Source: Planctomicrobium sp. SH661 (lineage in GTDB: Bacteria; Planctomycetota; Planctomycetia; Planctomycetales; Planctomycetaceae). From it: a stretch of DNA of 32,000 nucleotides. The translations under genes and the position numbers were made by a program. Position 1 is the stretch's first letter. Each line of letters begins with the position of its first letter. The stretch is from NCBI RefSeq assembly GCF_051465655.1, contig NZ_CP195791.1, forward strand, positions 4,880,734 to 4,912,733, written 5' to 3'. Of this stretch, positions 1 to 8,896 are shown one piece after another. The notes under the pieces were generated by a model. It was given only the letters and a program-made list of their open reading frames with translations, was not told where the DNA came from and searched no databases.

Positions 1-216
1 ATCAGCGGACATCAGGTTTTCCGGGAACAGTTCTCCACGCGGAATCTTGACGTCAAAGGCCTTTTCGAGACGAAAGACGATATCCAGGAAATCGATCGAT
101 TCGGCTCCGAGGTCACCCATCAACGTAGCAGTCGGAGTGACTTCATCGTCGTCGACTCCCAATGCATCCACCAGGATTTCCTGCACCTTGGCAAAAACCT
201 GTTCTTCACTCGCCAT
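1..216 (-). CDS. acyl carrier protein (phosphopantetheine-binding), C-terminal end cut by the window edge
   Basis: Absent from the ORF track because there is no stop in the window. My reverse-strand translation from the ATG at 216-214 gives MASEEQVFAKVQEILVDALGVDDDEVTPTATLMGDLGAESIDFLDIVFRLEKAFDVKIPRGELFPENLMSAD (72 in-frame codons). DLGAESID matches the ACP Ser attachment motif (DSL/ESI type). It lies downstream of fabG on the same strand. Confidence 0.8.
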   Translation of the reverse strand, partial: MASEEQVFAKVQEILVDALGVDDDEVTPTATLMGDLGAESIDFLDIVFRLEKAFDVKIPRGELFPENLMSAD

Positions 217-543
217 TTCTAAAACTCCGTATTGAATGTCCGGGACGATCCCCTGAGGCGTTTGCATTCAGCTCATGCCGGATTCTGAACCCGACACGCT
301 CTTCTGCCGCCGAAGGCAGTTCAGTCCAAATGGACGGCTTCTCACCGCGGGACCCCTGACCAGATCAGACTCGCAGACGACGGTGAGCACGTCCCGAACT
401 GAAACAAAAACTTCAAGATGCGCCGCATCACATCTGACCTCTGTGAACGGCCATCCTTGATTCCGATGTTACTGATGAAGCGTTCCTGACGGAAACACTT
501 CCTCCAGCGTTCTACAATTCGGCAGACTGGACCGGAAACTCTG

Positions 544-1296
544 TTAAAATCCACCCAGAGTCAGGCCGCCATCCACGACCAGCACGTGTCCGGTGATATA
601 TCCCGCCTCGTCACTGGCAAGAAATGCCACTGCATTGGCAATATCTTCCGGTTTCCCCAGGCGACGCACCGGGATCTGCTTCTTCAGATCTCCTTCAGCC
701 ACGGACCGGACCGCCTCGGTCATATCCGTTTCGATGAATCCCGGAGCAATCGCGTTCACGGTGATATTCCGTCGGCCGATTTCCGTGGCCAGACAGCGGG
801 TCAGACCTTGAATCCCCCCCTTGCTGGCTGCGTAGTTGACCTGCCCCTGATTCCCGAACTCCGCAGCGACGCTGGACATATTGATGATACGTCCGTATCG
901 CTGAGACATCATCTGCCGCATTGCTGCCTGGCAGAAGTTATAGACGCTGTTCAGGTTTGTATTGATCACCGACAACCAGGCGTCTTCTTCCATGACCGCC
1001 AGCAGACCGTCACGGATGATCCCGGCGTTGTTCACCAGAATATCGAGACGTCCCCATTTCTCGATCACGGCAGCAATAATGCGGTCGGCGTCGGCTTTAA
1101 TCGCCACATCCCCTTGCAGGGCCATGACTTCAAAGCCCTTTTCCGCCATCTCAGCGACAATCTTATCCGCTGATTCTTTGCTGGATTTGTAGACGAAAGC
1201 GACTTTCGTACCCTGCTTCGCCAGCGTTTCGACAATCGCCTTGCCGATCCCTCGGCTTCCCCCGGTCACCAGGGCTGTTCGTCCTTCTTTACTCAT
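544..1296 (-). CDS. fabG: 3-oxoacyl-ACP reductase, short-chain dehydrogenase/reductase family
   Basis: 250 aa ORF. TGGSRGIG cofactor-binding motif near the N-terminus, NNAG motif, catalytic S...YxxxK (SSVAAEFGNQGQVNYAASK), and the PGFIETDM segment typical of FabG. Confidence 0.9.
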   Translation of the reverse strand: MSKEGRTALVTGGSRGIGKAIVETLAKQGTKVAFVYKSSKESADKIVAEMAEKGFEVMALQGDVAIKADADRIIAAVIEKWGRLDILVNNAGIIRDGLLAVMEEDAWLSVINTNLNSVYNFCQAAMRQMMSQRYGRIINMSSVAAEFGNQGQVNYAASKGGIQGLTRCLATEIGRRNITVNAIAPGFIETDMTEAVRSVAEGDLKKQIPVRRLGKPEDIANAVAFLASDEAGYITGHVLVVDGGLTLGGF

Positions 1297-1416
1297 GATT
1301 CCACTTTCTTCCGAATTAGGTTGCCAGCGTCTGATCGATGTTTCCAGCGAGCGGGGGATGTCAGCCCCCCGATGAAGTGAACAGGAGTCTGACGTCTCCC
1401 GCTCGCCGCGAGACTC

Positions 1417-1896
1417 TCAATGACTTCCTTCTGGCCACAGCACTGCAAACAAGCTCTTCAGGCTCGCGACCTGTGTCTCATCCGAACTTTTCATTTGGGG
1501 AGAACGGTCCGCCAGATTGTACTGTTCCAAAACCAGCCGGGCATTAACAGCGTTCACGCCGTCCACGGTTCCCGCCGTTTTGAGCGTCCACTGCCCGGCC
1601 TCCTTCTTATGGACCGTTGCAGTGATTTCCAGGGTTTTTCCGGGTGAAACGAAACTGTTGAACTTCACAGCCCGGGCTTCCTTCAGCAGCACTGTGCTGT
1701 AACGGAAGTCTTCACTGGCCCGCATCAACCAGGCACTGGACTGAACCATGGCTTCGACCATCAGCACTCCCGGCATGATGGGAAAACCCGGAAAGTGGTC
1801 TTGAAGGTACTCTTCAGCCAGCGACAGCGTCTTAATAGCTGTCAGCGATTCGCCGGGTTGAAGCTGAGTGATTTTGTCGATCAGTGAAAATCGCAT
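1417..1896 (-). CDS. FabA/FabZ-like hotdog-fold 3-hydroxyacyl-ACP dehydratase
   Basis: 159 aa ORF. The N-terminus MRFSLIDKI... and the HFPGFPIMPGVLMVEAM segment match the FabZ active-site His region (HFP..P.mPGvl..Ea). It is co-directional with fabG and the ACP gene. Confidence 0.8.
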   Translation of the reverse strand: MRFSLIDKITQLQPGESLTAIKTLSLAEEYLQDHFPGFPIMPGVLMVEAMVQSSAWLMRASEDFRYSTVLLKEARAVKFNSFVSPGKTLEITATVHKKEAGQWTLKTAGTVDGVNAVNARLVLEQYNLADRSPQMKSSDETQVASLKSLFAVLWPEGSH

Positions 1897-2458
1897 CGTC
1901 CAGGCCGTAGCGCGCAGGGACCGTGTGTATGTACTCCGCCGCGAATCAACTTGGAAACGCTGAGGATTGACGGATCAAATTTGAACAAATGACTATAGAG
2001 CAGATTCCAGGTGGGCACAACTACCGGCAGGCGACGGGGAAATGCGGAACCCAGGAGAGCATTCTGTTGAATCCCGCGACGTCCTGAACGTGCCCACAAT
2101 CGGTCACCTGCCATCAGCTCCGTCATTGCTCTGCGATGGCCTCTTCGACGACCGCGCTTCCTCTATCGGAAACCTCGGCCCGACGGGACAACCTATTACA
2201 AACGGCTCTAACTATCTGTGCATCAGAGTGTTCCGTCAGTCTGCCCGTGTCGGTTTTGCCGGTTTTGGCAGTCTGATCTCTTGGATCTCTCGAAAACGAA
2301 CGCCGACCGGCAAATCCGCTCAGTATCGCGCATCAGGAGATTCGATCCTCGAAATGTGAAGTTCTATACGAACTCGGAAATTGCTTGCGCCCGATTTCGC
2401 TCTTAAAATTTGAATCTGGGCAATTTGGACCACGACTGAGGATCGCGAGGAACACGCT

Positions 2459-3154
2459 GTGGGTAAACTGGGTCTCGCTGGGACATCACTGGCAGCCGCC
2501 ATACCGGGCGCGTTTCTCTTCTACATCCTCCTGATGGCGGTGTTGAAGAGCCTGGAGCCGATGCCCATCACGATGAAGGTCGCGGCGCTCCTCATGCTGG
2601 TGATCGCCCTTGTCATGGCGCTGTTCCCTGCCTATCTGCTTATCTGGTTCCGCCGGGACAAAGTCTCTCTGGCCAGCCAGAAAGGTGCCGCGGGTGCAGC
2701 CGCTCTCGCTGGGGGAGCCGATGCCGAGGTCTTCGCCGAAGATCTCGTCGGTCAGGAGTTCGACGATGCCGAGGATCTGGCACCCGCCGATAACTGGGCT
2801 GACTCGGAAACGATTGGTGACGACACCGAGTCTGCTGACGGCGGACTTCCGGATCTCGACGATGTCGAAGCAGTCGCAACTGTCGATGAGGACTCCTTCC
2901 CGACTGCCGAATTCGAAGTCGATGACGACCTCGAAGCGTCCTTTGGAGCTGAGGACAAGTTCGATCAGCCTGCCGGCGCTTCTGACGACTCGATGCAGAC
3001 CATGGAATTCGAAGCTGAAGAAGTCGACGAATTCGGGCAGACGCTGCAGGAGTTCGGGTCGGCAGAGGAAGAAGAGTTCAATCCGGCCGTCGACTTCGAC
3101 GACGAATTCACCTTCGACGACTTCGAAGACGACGACGATATGAAAAAGAAGTAG
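2459..3154 (+). CDS. hypothetical membrane-anchored protein with an extremely acidic D/E/F-rich C-terminal half
   Basis: 231 aa ORF with a GTG start. There are two hydrophobic segments (SLAAAIPGAFLFYILLMAVL and VAALLMLVIALVMALFPAYLLIWF). The tail is long and D/E-rich, with repeated (D/E)F dipeptides, and ends DDFEDDDDMKKK. I recognise no family. The start codon is uncertain. Confidence 0.6.
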   Translation: MGKLGLAGTSLAAAIPGAFLFYILLMAVLKSLEPMPITMKVAALLMLVIALVMALFPAYLLIWFRRDKVSLASQKGAAGAAALAGGADAEVFAEDLVGQEFDDAEDLAPADNWADSETIGDDTESADGGLPDLDDVEAVATVDEDSFPTAEFEVDDDLEASFGAEDKFDQPAGASDDSMQTMEFEAEEVDEFGQTLQEFGSAEEEEFNPAVDFDDEFTFDDFEDDDDMKKK

Positions 3155-3187
3155 CCGTCACGCGTCTCTCCGCGCCCTCTGTTCTGC

Positions 3188-4600
3188 TCACGATTCGGGT
3201 GTGTTGAGCGACCGCCACCGACCGCTCTGGCTCAACAGATCTCCCAAAAAGGCGACCAGACAAGGTCCAATCCACAGACCAGCAGCATCCGTCATGCGTC
3301 CGATGGGTGGACAGACGACGATCACGAGAATCAGACTCATCGCCGCGTAGGCTGCTGCAATGACGAATAGCAGTCCTGCATTCTCGAAAGTCCGGTACGG
3401 GATGATCTTCGATTTCCAGATCCAGCGCGTCACAATGTGAAGGCTGATGAAGACCACACCCACGAACGTCAGCAGCCCTCCCATGGGATTGAAGACGAAA
3501 TCTCCCAAGAGCTTGAAAATGCATTGCCGGCTCGCCTTCAGCAGCCAGATCACGTACAGCCGAGGGTGCTTTTCGACAAGTTCCAGTCCCAGGCGTTTCA
3601 GCTGAGTGTTGACCAGCACTGGATCGTCCCCATACACCTCGTGAGCCGCCGGAGTAAAGACGCTCCAGATGAACAGATCGCTGTTCGACTCCATCCTGAT
3701 GTAGCTGGTCGGTCCCAGCTCGACATACTGGAAATCACGCAGTGGAATCGACCGCAGTCGGTTCATCGCTGCCTGCGCAAGTGGACGAAGTTCTTCCGAG
3801 ATGAGCGGGAGAGTCTTCTCATCCATGAACTGGCCGGAGATTCCGATCAGGTTATAGCCTCCGAAAGCCACGATCGAAAACTTGCCGACCACCGCCAGCC
3901 GCAAGCTGCAATAGAGAATCAGCGGCACCAGTCCGATCACACTGCAGATCCCCAGACTTCGAAGAAATGAAAGGACATTCCCCGATTCCGGTCGCGACCG
4001 TAGTCTGAACAGCGGAGTCAGCACCAGAACGAATGGGACGAGAAACAATGCCGCTGGCCGGATCAGCCAGGCCGACAAAACAGATGCCGCAAGAAGGATT
4101 CCCCACAACACGGATCGTCGCGGATCGCTTCCCCAGAGCAACATGAAGCCCACGCTCGCAATGCCGCAGGCCCCTCCAAGGGTGTCGGTCGCGATGGTCG
4201 AGACGAACAGCCACAGGTTATTGGTTGCCAGCAGCGCTCCCGCGATCCAGGGACTTAACCACGGCGGAGTTCCGCTGGCGAGCAGACCAGCATGAAAAAC
4301 CATGACTGCGAAAGCAAAGCAGCCATACTGCAATAACGACACTGGTCTTAAGTCGCTGCCCAGCTGTCTCACTGCTGCAAGAAAGAGGGGATACCCCGGC
4401 GTCCTCTGGTGGTTCAACGTGCCCTTCAACGAGTTGAGAGGCATGTTTGCATAGGACGCAGTGTCGTTCACTTCGACAGAGACCAGTTGCCCCGTGGCCG
4501 CCAGCAGGCAACCGGTCATCAGAATCAAAATGACAAGCAGCCCCCAGGCGAATCCTCGAGTCGAAATCAATCGCAACATCACTGTGCCCTCCAGTTGCAA
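3188..4600 (-). CDS. polytopic integral membrane protein, possibly a GT-C fold glycosyltransferase (GT39/ArnT-like)
   Basis: 470 aa ORF with many hydrophobic helices. The first loop (NDTASYANMP...RTPGYPLFLAAV) resembles the acidic-loop plus R.PGYP.FLA pattern I associate with GT-C / PMT_2-type enzymes. Only the fold-level call is supported, and it was not checked with an HMM. Confidence 0.6.
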   Translation of the reverse strand: MQLEGTVMLRLISTRGFAWGLLVILILMTGCLLAATGQLVSVEVNDTASYANMPLNSLKGTLNHQRTPGYPLFLAAVRQLGSDLRPVSLLQYGCFAFAVMVFHAGLLASGTPPWLSPWIAGALLATNNLWLFVSTIATDTLGGACGIASVGFMLLWGSDPRRSVLWGILLAASVLSAWLIRPAALFLVPFVLVLTPLFRLRSRPESGNVLSFLRSLGICSVIGLVPLILYCSLRLAVVGKFSIVAFGGYNLIGISGQFMDEKTLPLISEELRPLAQAAMNRLRSIPLRDFQYVELGPTSYIRMESNSDLFIWSVFTPAAHEVYGDDPVLVNTQLKRLGLELVEKHPRLYVIWLLKASRQCIFKLLGDFVFNPMGGLLTFVGVVFISLHIVTRWIWKSKIIPYRTFENAGLLFVIAAAYAAMSLILVIVVCPPIGRMTDAAGLWIGPCLVAFLGDLLSQSGRWRSLNTPES

Positions 4601-4669
4601 TGACCGACCACATCGAGCAGCTGTACCATCCCATTCAACAAAGGTGCGGCCGGCGCGATGTCGTCTTGT

Positions 4670-5803
4670 TCACCGCTGTTCTCTTGCAACATTACGAAGG
4701 ATCTCTGCCCCCCGCAGCAGGGTTTCATCCGGAGCTGCATAGGAAATGCGGAAGTGAGTGTCCTGCTCGCTGAAAACGTTTCCTGGAATGATCAGCAGTT
4801 CATTCTCAATGGCCCGTTTCACGAATTCCGTCCCTGTTCCCCACGGGGCACGCGGGAAGAGATAGAACGCTCCCTGAGCCCCTTCAATTTCAAAGTCTTC
4901 CGAGAGTTCGCGAATCATCAGTTCGCGCTTCCGCTGGTAGTCGGCAGCCCGGTCGCTGATGTCGTAGTTCCACGCTGTGCACGCGGCCCACTGCACCGGA
5001 TGGGGAGCACACACGAATGTGAACTGCTGCAGCTTGATCATCTGCTGCAGAATGTGTTCGGGACCATGGCACCAGCCAATCCGCCAGCCCGTCATTGAAT
5101 GGGACTTGCTGAACCCGTCGATCACAATGGTCTGATCGTAGAACTGAGCCGGACTGACAAACTTTCCTGGAGGCGAGAAAGCGCGGTAGATCTCGTCGCT
5201 GAGCAATGCGATGTCATGCTCCCGGGCGATTTCGGCCAGTCCCCGCACTTCTTCTTCCGAAGCGACGTAGCCTGTCGGGTTGCACGGGCTGTTCAGAAGG
5301 ATCAGCTTTGTCTTCTCGTTGATCGCTTCCCGGACCTTGTCCAGCGGGATACGAAAATCAGGGTACGTGGAAATCGAGCGGATCTTTCCCCCCGTCAGCG
5401 TCGTGAGATGCTTGTACATCACGAAATACGGATCGAAGACAATGACCTCATCTCCGGGATTGAGCAGCGTGCACAGCGTGAGCATCAACCCGCCGCTCGT
5501 GCCGCTGGTGATGAACGCCTTGCGGTCCGAATGGTGATATTCTTCTGTGATGCTCGCCTGGATCATCTCCAGCAGAGGCTTGATGCCCTGGGTCTGGCTG
5601 TAGGCGTTCTTCCCCTCTTCCACTGCTTTCTCGAGTGCTTTACGGATCGGCTCCGGCGTTTCGAAATGTGGCTGCCCGATGCTCAGATTGACCGGGTTGG
5701 CCATGTTCGCAGCCAGATCGAACACTTTCCGAATCCCGGAGGCATCGATCTTCGTCATCCGGTCGGCGATCCAACGTTCACTCATAAGGTCACTCGAATT
5801 CAT
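4670..5803 (-). CDS. pyridoxal-phosphate-dependent aminotransferase, class I/II (aspartate aminotransferase-like)
   Basis: 377 aa ORF. NPCNPTG motif, a DEIY segment, and SKSHSMTGWRIGW containing the Schiff-base lysine context (SKs..mtGwRiG). Confidence 0.9.
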   Translation of the reverse strand: MNSSDLMSERWIADRMTKIDASGIRKVFDLAANMANPVNLSIGQPHFETPEPIRKALEKAVEEGKNAYSQTQGIKPLLEMIQASITEEYHHSDRKAFITSGTSGGLMLTLCTLLNPGDEVIVFDPYFVMYKHLTTLTGGKIRSISTYPDFRIPLDKVREAINEKTKLILLNSPCNPTGYVASEEEVRGLAEIAREHDIALLSDEIYRAFSPPGKFVSPAQFYDQTIVIDGFSKSHSMTGWRIGWCHGPEHILQQMIKLQQFTFVCAPHPVQWAACTAWNYDISDRAADYQRKRELMIRELSEDFEIEGAQGAFYLFPRAPWGTGTEFVKRAIENELLIIPGNVFSEQDTHFRISYAAPDETLLRGAEILRNVAREQR

Positions 5804-5875
5804 TGCATCTGATGCCCGCTAAGGGGTCAGATTGAACCTATTGCATTTTGAAATTGGAAAGTCTGTGGCAGCCCC

Positions 5876-5954
5876 GGAGGGCGAAGCTCCTGACGAGCCG
5901 CAAGCGTCAAGTACGCGTGAACACTCATGAGGCTCAGCAGGAGCTTCGCCCTCC
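5876..5954. repeat. perfect 17-bp inverted repeat with a 45-nt spacer, downstream of queC
   Basis: GGAGGGCGAAGCTCCTG at 5876-5892 and CAGGAGCTTCGCCCTCC at 5938-5954, read directly from the sequence. Confidence 0.85.
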
Positions 5955-5965
5955 CGAATTCGGAA

Positions 5966-6670
5966 TTACTCACTCTGTGTGGGATCAGGCATTCCTGCTT
6001 CAGCGAATCCTTTCAGCCGCAACTGACAGGCATCGCATCGGCCGCACGGACGGCCATCCGCATGAGGATCGTAACAGCTGTGGGTCCCACCGTAATCAAC
6101 TCCCAGCTCCAGCCCCTTACGGATGATTTCAGATTTTTTGAGCTGAAGCAGGGGAGTGTGAATCCGGAAGTGACCAGTCCCTTCGACCCCCGCCTTGGTG
6201 GCAAGGTTCGCCAGCCGTTCGAACTGCTCAATGAATTCAGGTCGGCAATCGGGATAGCCGCTGTAGTCAACCGCATTGACCCCGATAAAAATATCAAACG
6301 CTCCCAGGACTTCCGCCCACGCCAGTGCCAGCGACAGGAACACCGTGTTCCGGGCCGGGACATAGGTCACGGGGATCCCGCTGGACAACGTGGATTCATC
6401 CCGATCCTTCGGAACTTCCACAGCTGAAGTCAAAGCAGACCCTCCCCAGCGGGCCAGGTCCAGCTTCAGCGTGACATGTTCGACGACACCAATCGCGGCA
6501 GCGGTCTTTTCAGCGGCTTCCAGTTCAAAGCGATGCCTCTGACCGTAGTCGAACGACAGGGCGTAGCAGGCAAACCCTTCGCTTTTCGCGATGGCCAATG
6601 CTGTGGCGGAATCGAGACCACCACTTAACAACACCACCGCACGGGATGAAGTATCCTTGTTCGGCGACAT
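5966..6670 (-). CDS. queC: 7-cyano-7-deazaguanine synthase
   Basis: 234 aa [17 protein letters not shown]-loop motif, FDYGQRH, and a C-terminal Cys cluster (SCYDP...[10 protein letters not shown]), all typical of QueC. Confidence 0.92.
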   Translation of the reverse strand: MSPNKDTSSRAVVLLSGGLDSATALAIAKSEGFACYALSFDYGQRHRFELEAAEKTAAAIGVVEHVTLKLDLARWGGSALTSAVEVPKDRDESTLSSGIPVTYVPARNTVFLSLALAWAEVLGAFDIFIGVNAVDYSGYPDCRPEFIEQFERLANLATKAGVEGTGHFRIHTPLLQLKKSEIIRKGLELGVDYGGTHSCYDPHADGRPCGRCDACQLRLKGFAEAGMPDPTQSE

Positions 6671-6706
6671 CTCTTCTCCATCCCTTTCCGCACAAGAATT
6701 CAGCAG

Positions 6707-8788
6707 TTATCCACGCATCTCATCCAGCACACTCTGCGGTGCGAGATCATACTTCAGCGGCTCCATGGAGTACGAAGCGCGACCTTGAGACAGGCTGCGG
6801 ACGTGCGACGAGTACCCGAACATCCGGGCCAGCGGAGCTTCGGCCTGAAGTGCTGTCAGATGTCCGCGGTGTTCGCTGGCGAAGATCTTGGCATGTCGCT
6901 GATTGAGATCGCCCTGAATATTCCCGACGAACTCCGAAGGAGTCACGACTTCCACTTTCATGATCGGCTCGAGCAGGCCAATCTCGGCATTCGTCAAAGC
7001 ACTTTGAACCGCGTGTGACGCTGCGGCCCGCAATGCTTCTTCCGTCGTTTCCCCCGGACGATATCCGACTTCCAGAATCGTCAGCTTCACGTGCAGCAGC
7101 GGATACCCAAGCACGCCGCCCGACTGCGCTGAGTCTTTGACGGCTTCCCGCAGCACCATGTCCAGTTCCGGCGGAAGCGTTTCCGGAGGCAGGGCCGAGA
7201 GGACCGTAATCGGCTGTTCGGATTCAAATGGCTCGATCCGCACTTTAACGCTCGCAAATGCGGATTCACCGGCGTTCGTGCGATGGAACGACTCTTCCGC
7301 TTCGGACTTCCCTTTGACCGTTTCGCGATAAGACACCCGGGGCCGGTGCACGCGGACGTTCAGGTTGAAGTCACGCTGCAGACGCTCCTTGAGAATTTCC
7401 AGATGAAGTTCACCCATCCCGCTGATGAGTGTCTGTCCGGTCTCTTCGTTCACCTTGGCCTTGAACGTGGGGTCCTGACGCGAAAGCCGGACCAGAGCAT
7501 CTTCCAGCTTCTTGCGGTCCGCATTGGTTTCCGGCTCGACCGCCATCGAGATCACGGTTTCCGGAAACGCGATCGACTCCAGCAGCAGCGGCTGTGTCTG
7601 CTCGCAAAGTGTATCGCCGGTGGCGACATCCTTGGGCCCAATGACTCCGCAGATGTCTCCCGCTTCAACGTAATCTGTTTCAATCTTCTCCCTGGCATCC
7701 GCCTGGATGTGCCACAGCTGGCTGCAGAACTCTTTCTTTCCGGTGCGGGGATTCAACAGACGCGAACCTGATCTCAACACTCCGGAATAGACTCGCACGA
7801 AACACAGGTCGGCATGCTTGTCGGCGACGATCTTGAAGATCAACGCTGCCAGCGGGTCTTCCTTTGTGGGATGGCAGAGAATCTCGGCGGGCTCGTTCTT
7901 CTTCGGCTTCGGATTGCGATTGATCGCCTTCACCGGCGGGATGTCCAGCGGGCTGGGAAGATACCGGGCGACCCCATCCAGAATCGGCTGCACACCCACG
8001 TAATCCAGCGACGAACCTGTGAATGTCGGCTGCAGGTCGCCGGCGATTGTCGCTTCGCGCAGAAGCCGGTGAATCGTCTCTTCCGGGAGATCACCGTCGG
8101 CGAAGAACTGTTCCATCGCGGCGTCATCACGCTCGGCGATCGTATCGATCAACTTGCTCCGCCATTCTTCAGCGATCTCGACGTACTCTTCCGGAATCTC
8201 TTTCTCTTCGATGTTCTGCCCCATCGAAGCGGAGTCGAAATACAGGGCCTTGCGGCGGACCAGATCCACGATTCCGGTAAAACCGTGTTCAGCACCGATC
8301 GGGATGAAGAGCGGAACCGGATTGGCATTCAGGCGCTTCCGCATCTGCTCGAGCGTGCGCTCGAAGCTGGCACCGATCCGATCCATCTTGTTGATGAAGC
8401 ACAGTCGGGGAACGTGGTAGCGGTCGGCCTGGCGCCAGACTGTTTCACTCTGGGCCTCCACTCCTTCGACGGCACTGAAAACAACCACAGCGCCGTCGAG
8501 CACACGGAGACTTCGTTCGACTTCCGCCGTGAAGTCGACGTGTCCCGGAGTATCGATCAGGTTGATCGTACAGTCCCGCCAGCGGCAGGTGACAGCTGCG
8601 GAATAGATGGTGATCCCGCGTTTGGCTTCTTCGGGATCAAAGTCGGTCTCGGTGGTGCCGTCGTCGACGTTCCCCATTTTGTGGATCGCGCCGGCGTAGA
8701 ACAGAATCCGTTCGGTAGTCGTCGTCTTGCCGGCATCAATGTGGGCAACAATGCCGATGTTTCGCAGCTTTTCAATGGGACCGGGCAT
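6707..8788 (-). CDS. fusA: translation elongation factor G
   Basis: 693 aa ORF. NIGIVAHIDAGKTTTTERIL G1 motif, DTPGHVDF G3 motif, NKMD G4 motif. It sits directly downstream of rpsL-rpsG. Confidence 0.97.
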   Translation of the reverse strand: MPGPIEKLRNIGIVAHIDAGKTTTTERILFYAGAIHKMGNVDDGTTETDFDPEEAKRGITIYSAAVTCRWRDCTINLIDTPGHVDFTAEVERSLRVLDGAVVVFSAVEGVEAQSETVWRQADRYHVPRLCFINKMDRIGASFERTLEQMRKRLNANPVPLFIPIGAEHGFTGIVDLVRRKALYFDSASMGQNIEEKEIPEEYVEIAEEWRSKLIDTIAERDDAAMEQFFADGDLPEETIHRLLREATIAGDLQPTFTGSSLDYVGVQPILDGVARYLPSPLDIPPVKAINRNPKPKKNEPAEILCHPTKEDPLAALIFKIVADKHADLCFVRVYSGVLRSGSRLLNPRTGKKEFCSQLWHIQADAREKIETDYVEAGDICGVIGPKDVATGDTLCEQTQPLLLESIAFPETVISMAVEPETNADRKKLEDALVRLSRQDPTFKAKVNEETGQTLISGMGELHLEILKERLQRDFNLNVRVHRPRVSYRETVKGKSEAEESFHRTNAGESAFASVKVRIEPFESEQPITVLSALPPETLPPELDMVLREAVKDSAQSGGVLGYPLLHVKLTILEVGYRPGETTEEALRAAASHAVQSALTNAEIGLLEPIMKVEVVTPSEFVGNIQGDLNQRHAKIFASEHRGHLTALQAEAPLARMFGYSSHVRSLSQGRASYSMEPLKYDLAPQSVLDEMRG

Positions 8789-8832
8789 TGTTTTTCAGCA
8801 CTCGACGGGAAAATGATCGGTTCATGAAACAA

Positions 8833-8865
8833 GTTTAGCCACACACTTGAAGTGAGTGGCTAAAC
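8833..8865. repeat. 33-nt palindrome (16-bp arms, one mismatch) in the rpsG-fusA spacer; copy 1 of a two-copy family
   Basis: GTTTAGCCACACACTT-G-AAGTGAGTGGCTAAAC read directly from the sequence. The second copy is at 10570-10602. Confidence 0.85.
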
Positions 8866-8896
8866 GGGAAATCAATTCAAGCAGTAAACGACACTC

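Noticed and set aside
342-554. A 70 aa minus-strand ORF in the fabG-ACP gap.
   Set aside because: It has a GTG start overlapping the fabG stop, an arbitrary basic composition and no motif. The gap is left as non-coding, although a small undetected gene cannot be excluded.
2330-2440. A tRNA-like T-arm (GGATCGAATCTCC on the minus strand) in the 560-bp non-coding region upstream of the dehydratase gene.
   Set aside because: The stem is only 4 bp. I found no complementary acceptor-stem sequence about 70 nt upstream and no D or anticodon arm, so this is not a tRNA. I also found no convincing ORF or other RNA gene anywhere in 1897-2458.
2610-3143. An alternative-frame 177 aa ORF (S/T/R/K-rich) overlapping the acidic-tail gene.
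   Set aside because: It is the +1 reading of GAN-rich acidic codons. It has no start context or hydrophobic core, whereas the annotated frame has TM helices and a coherent composition.
6671-6706. A preQ1 riboswitch upstream of queC.
   Set aside because: Only 36 nt separate the fusA stop from the queC start. That is too short for a riboswitch aptamer plus expression platform, and I saw no matching conserved core.
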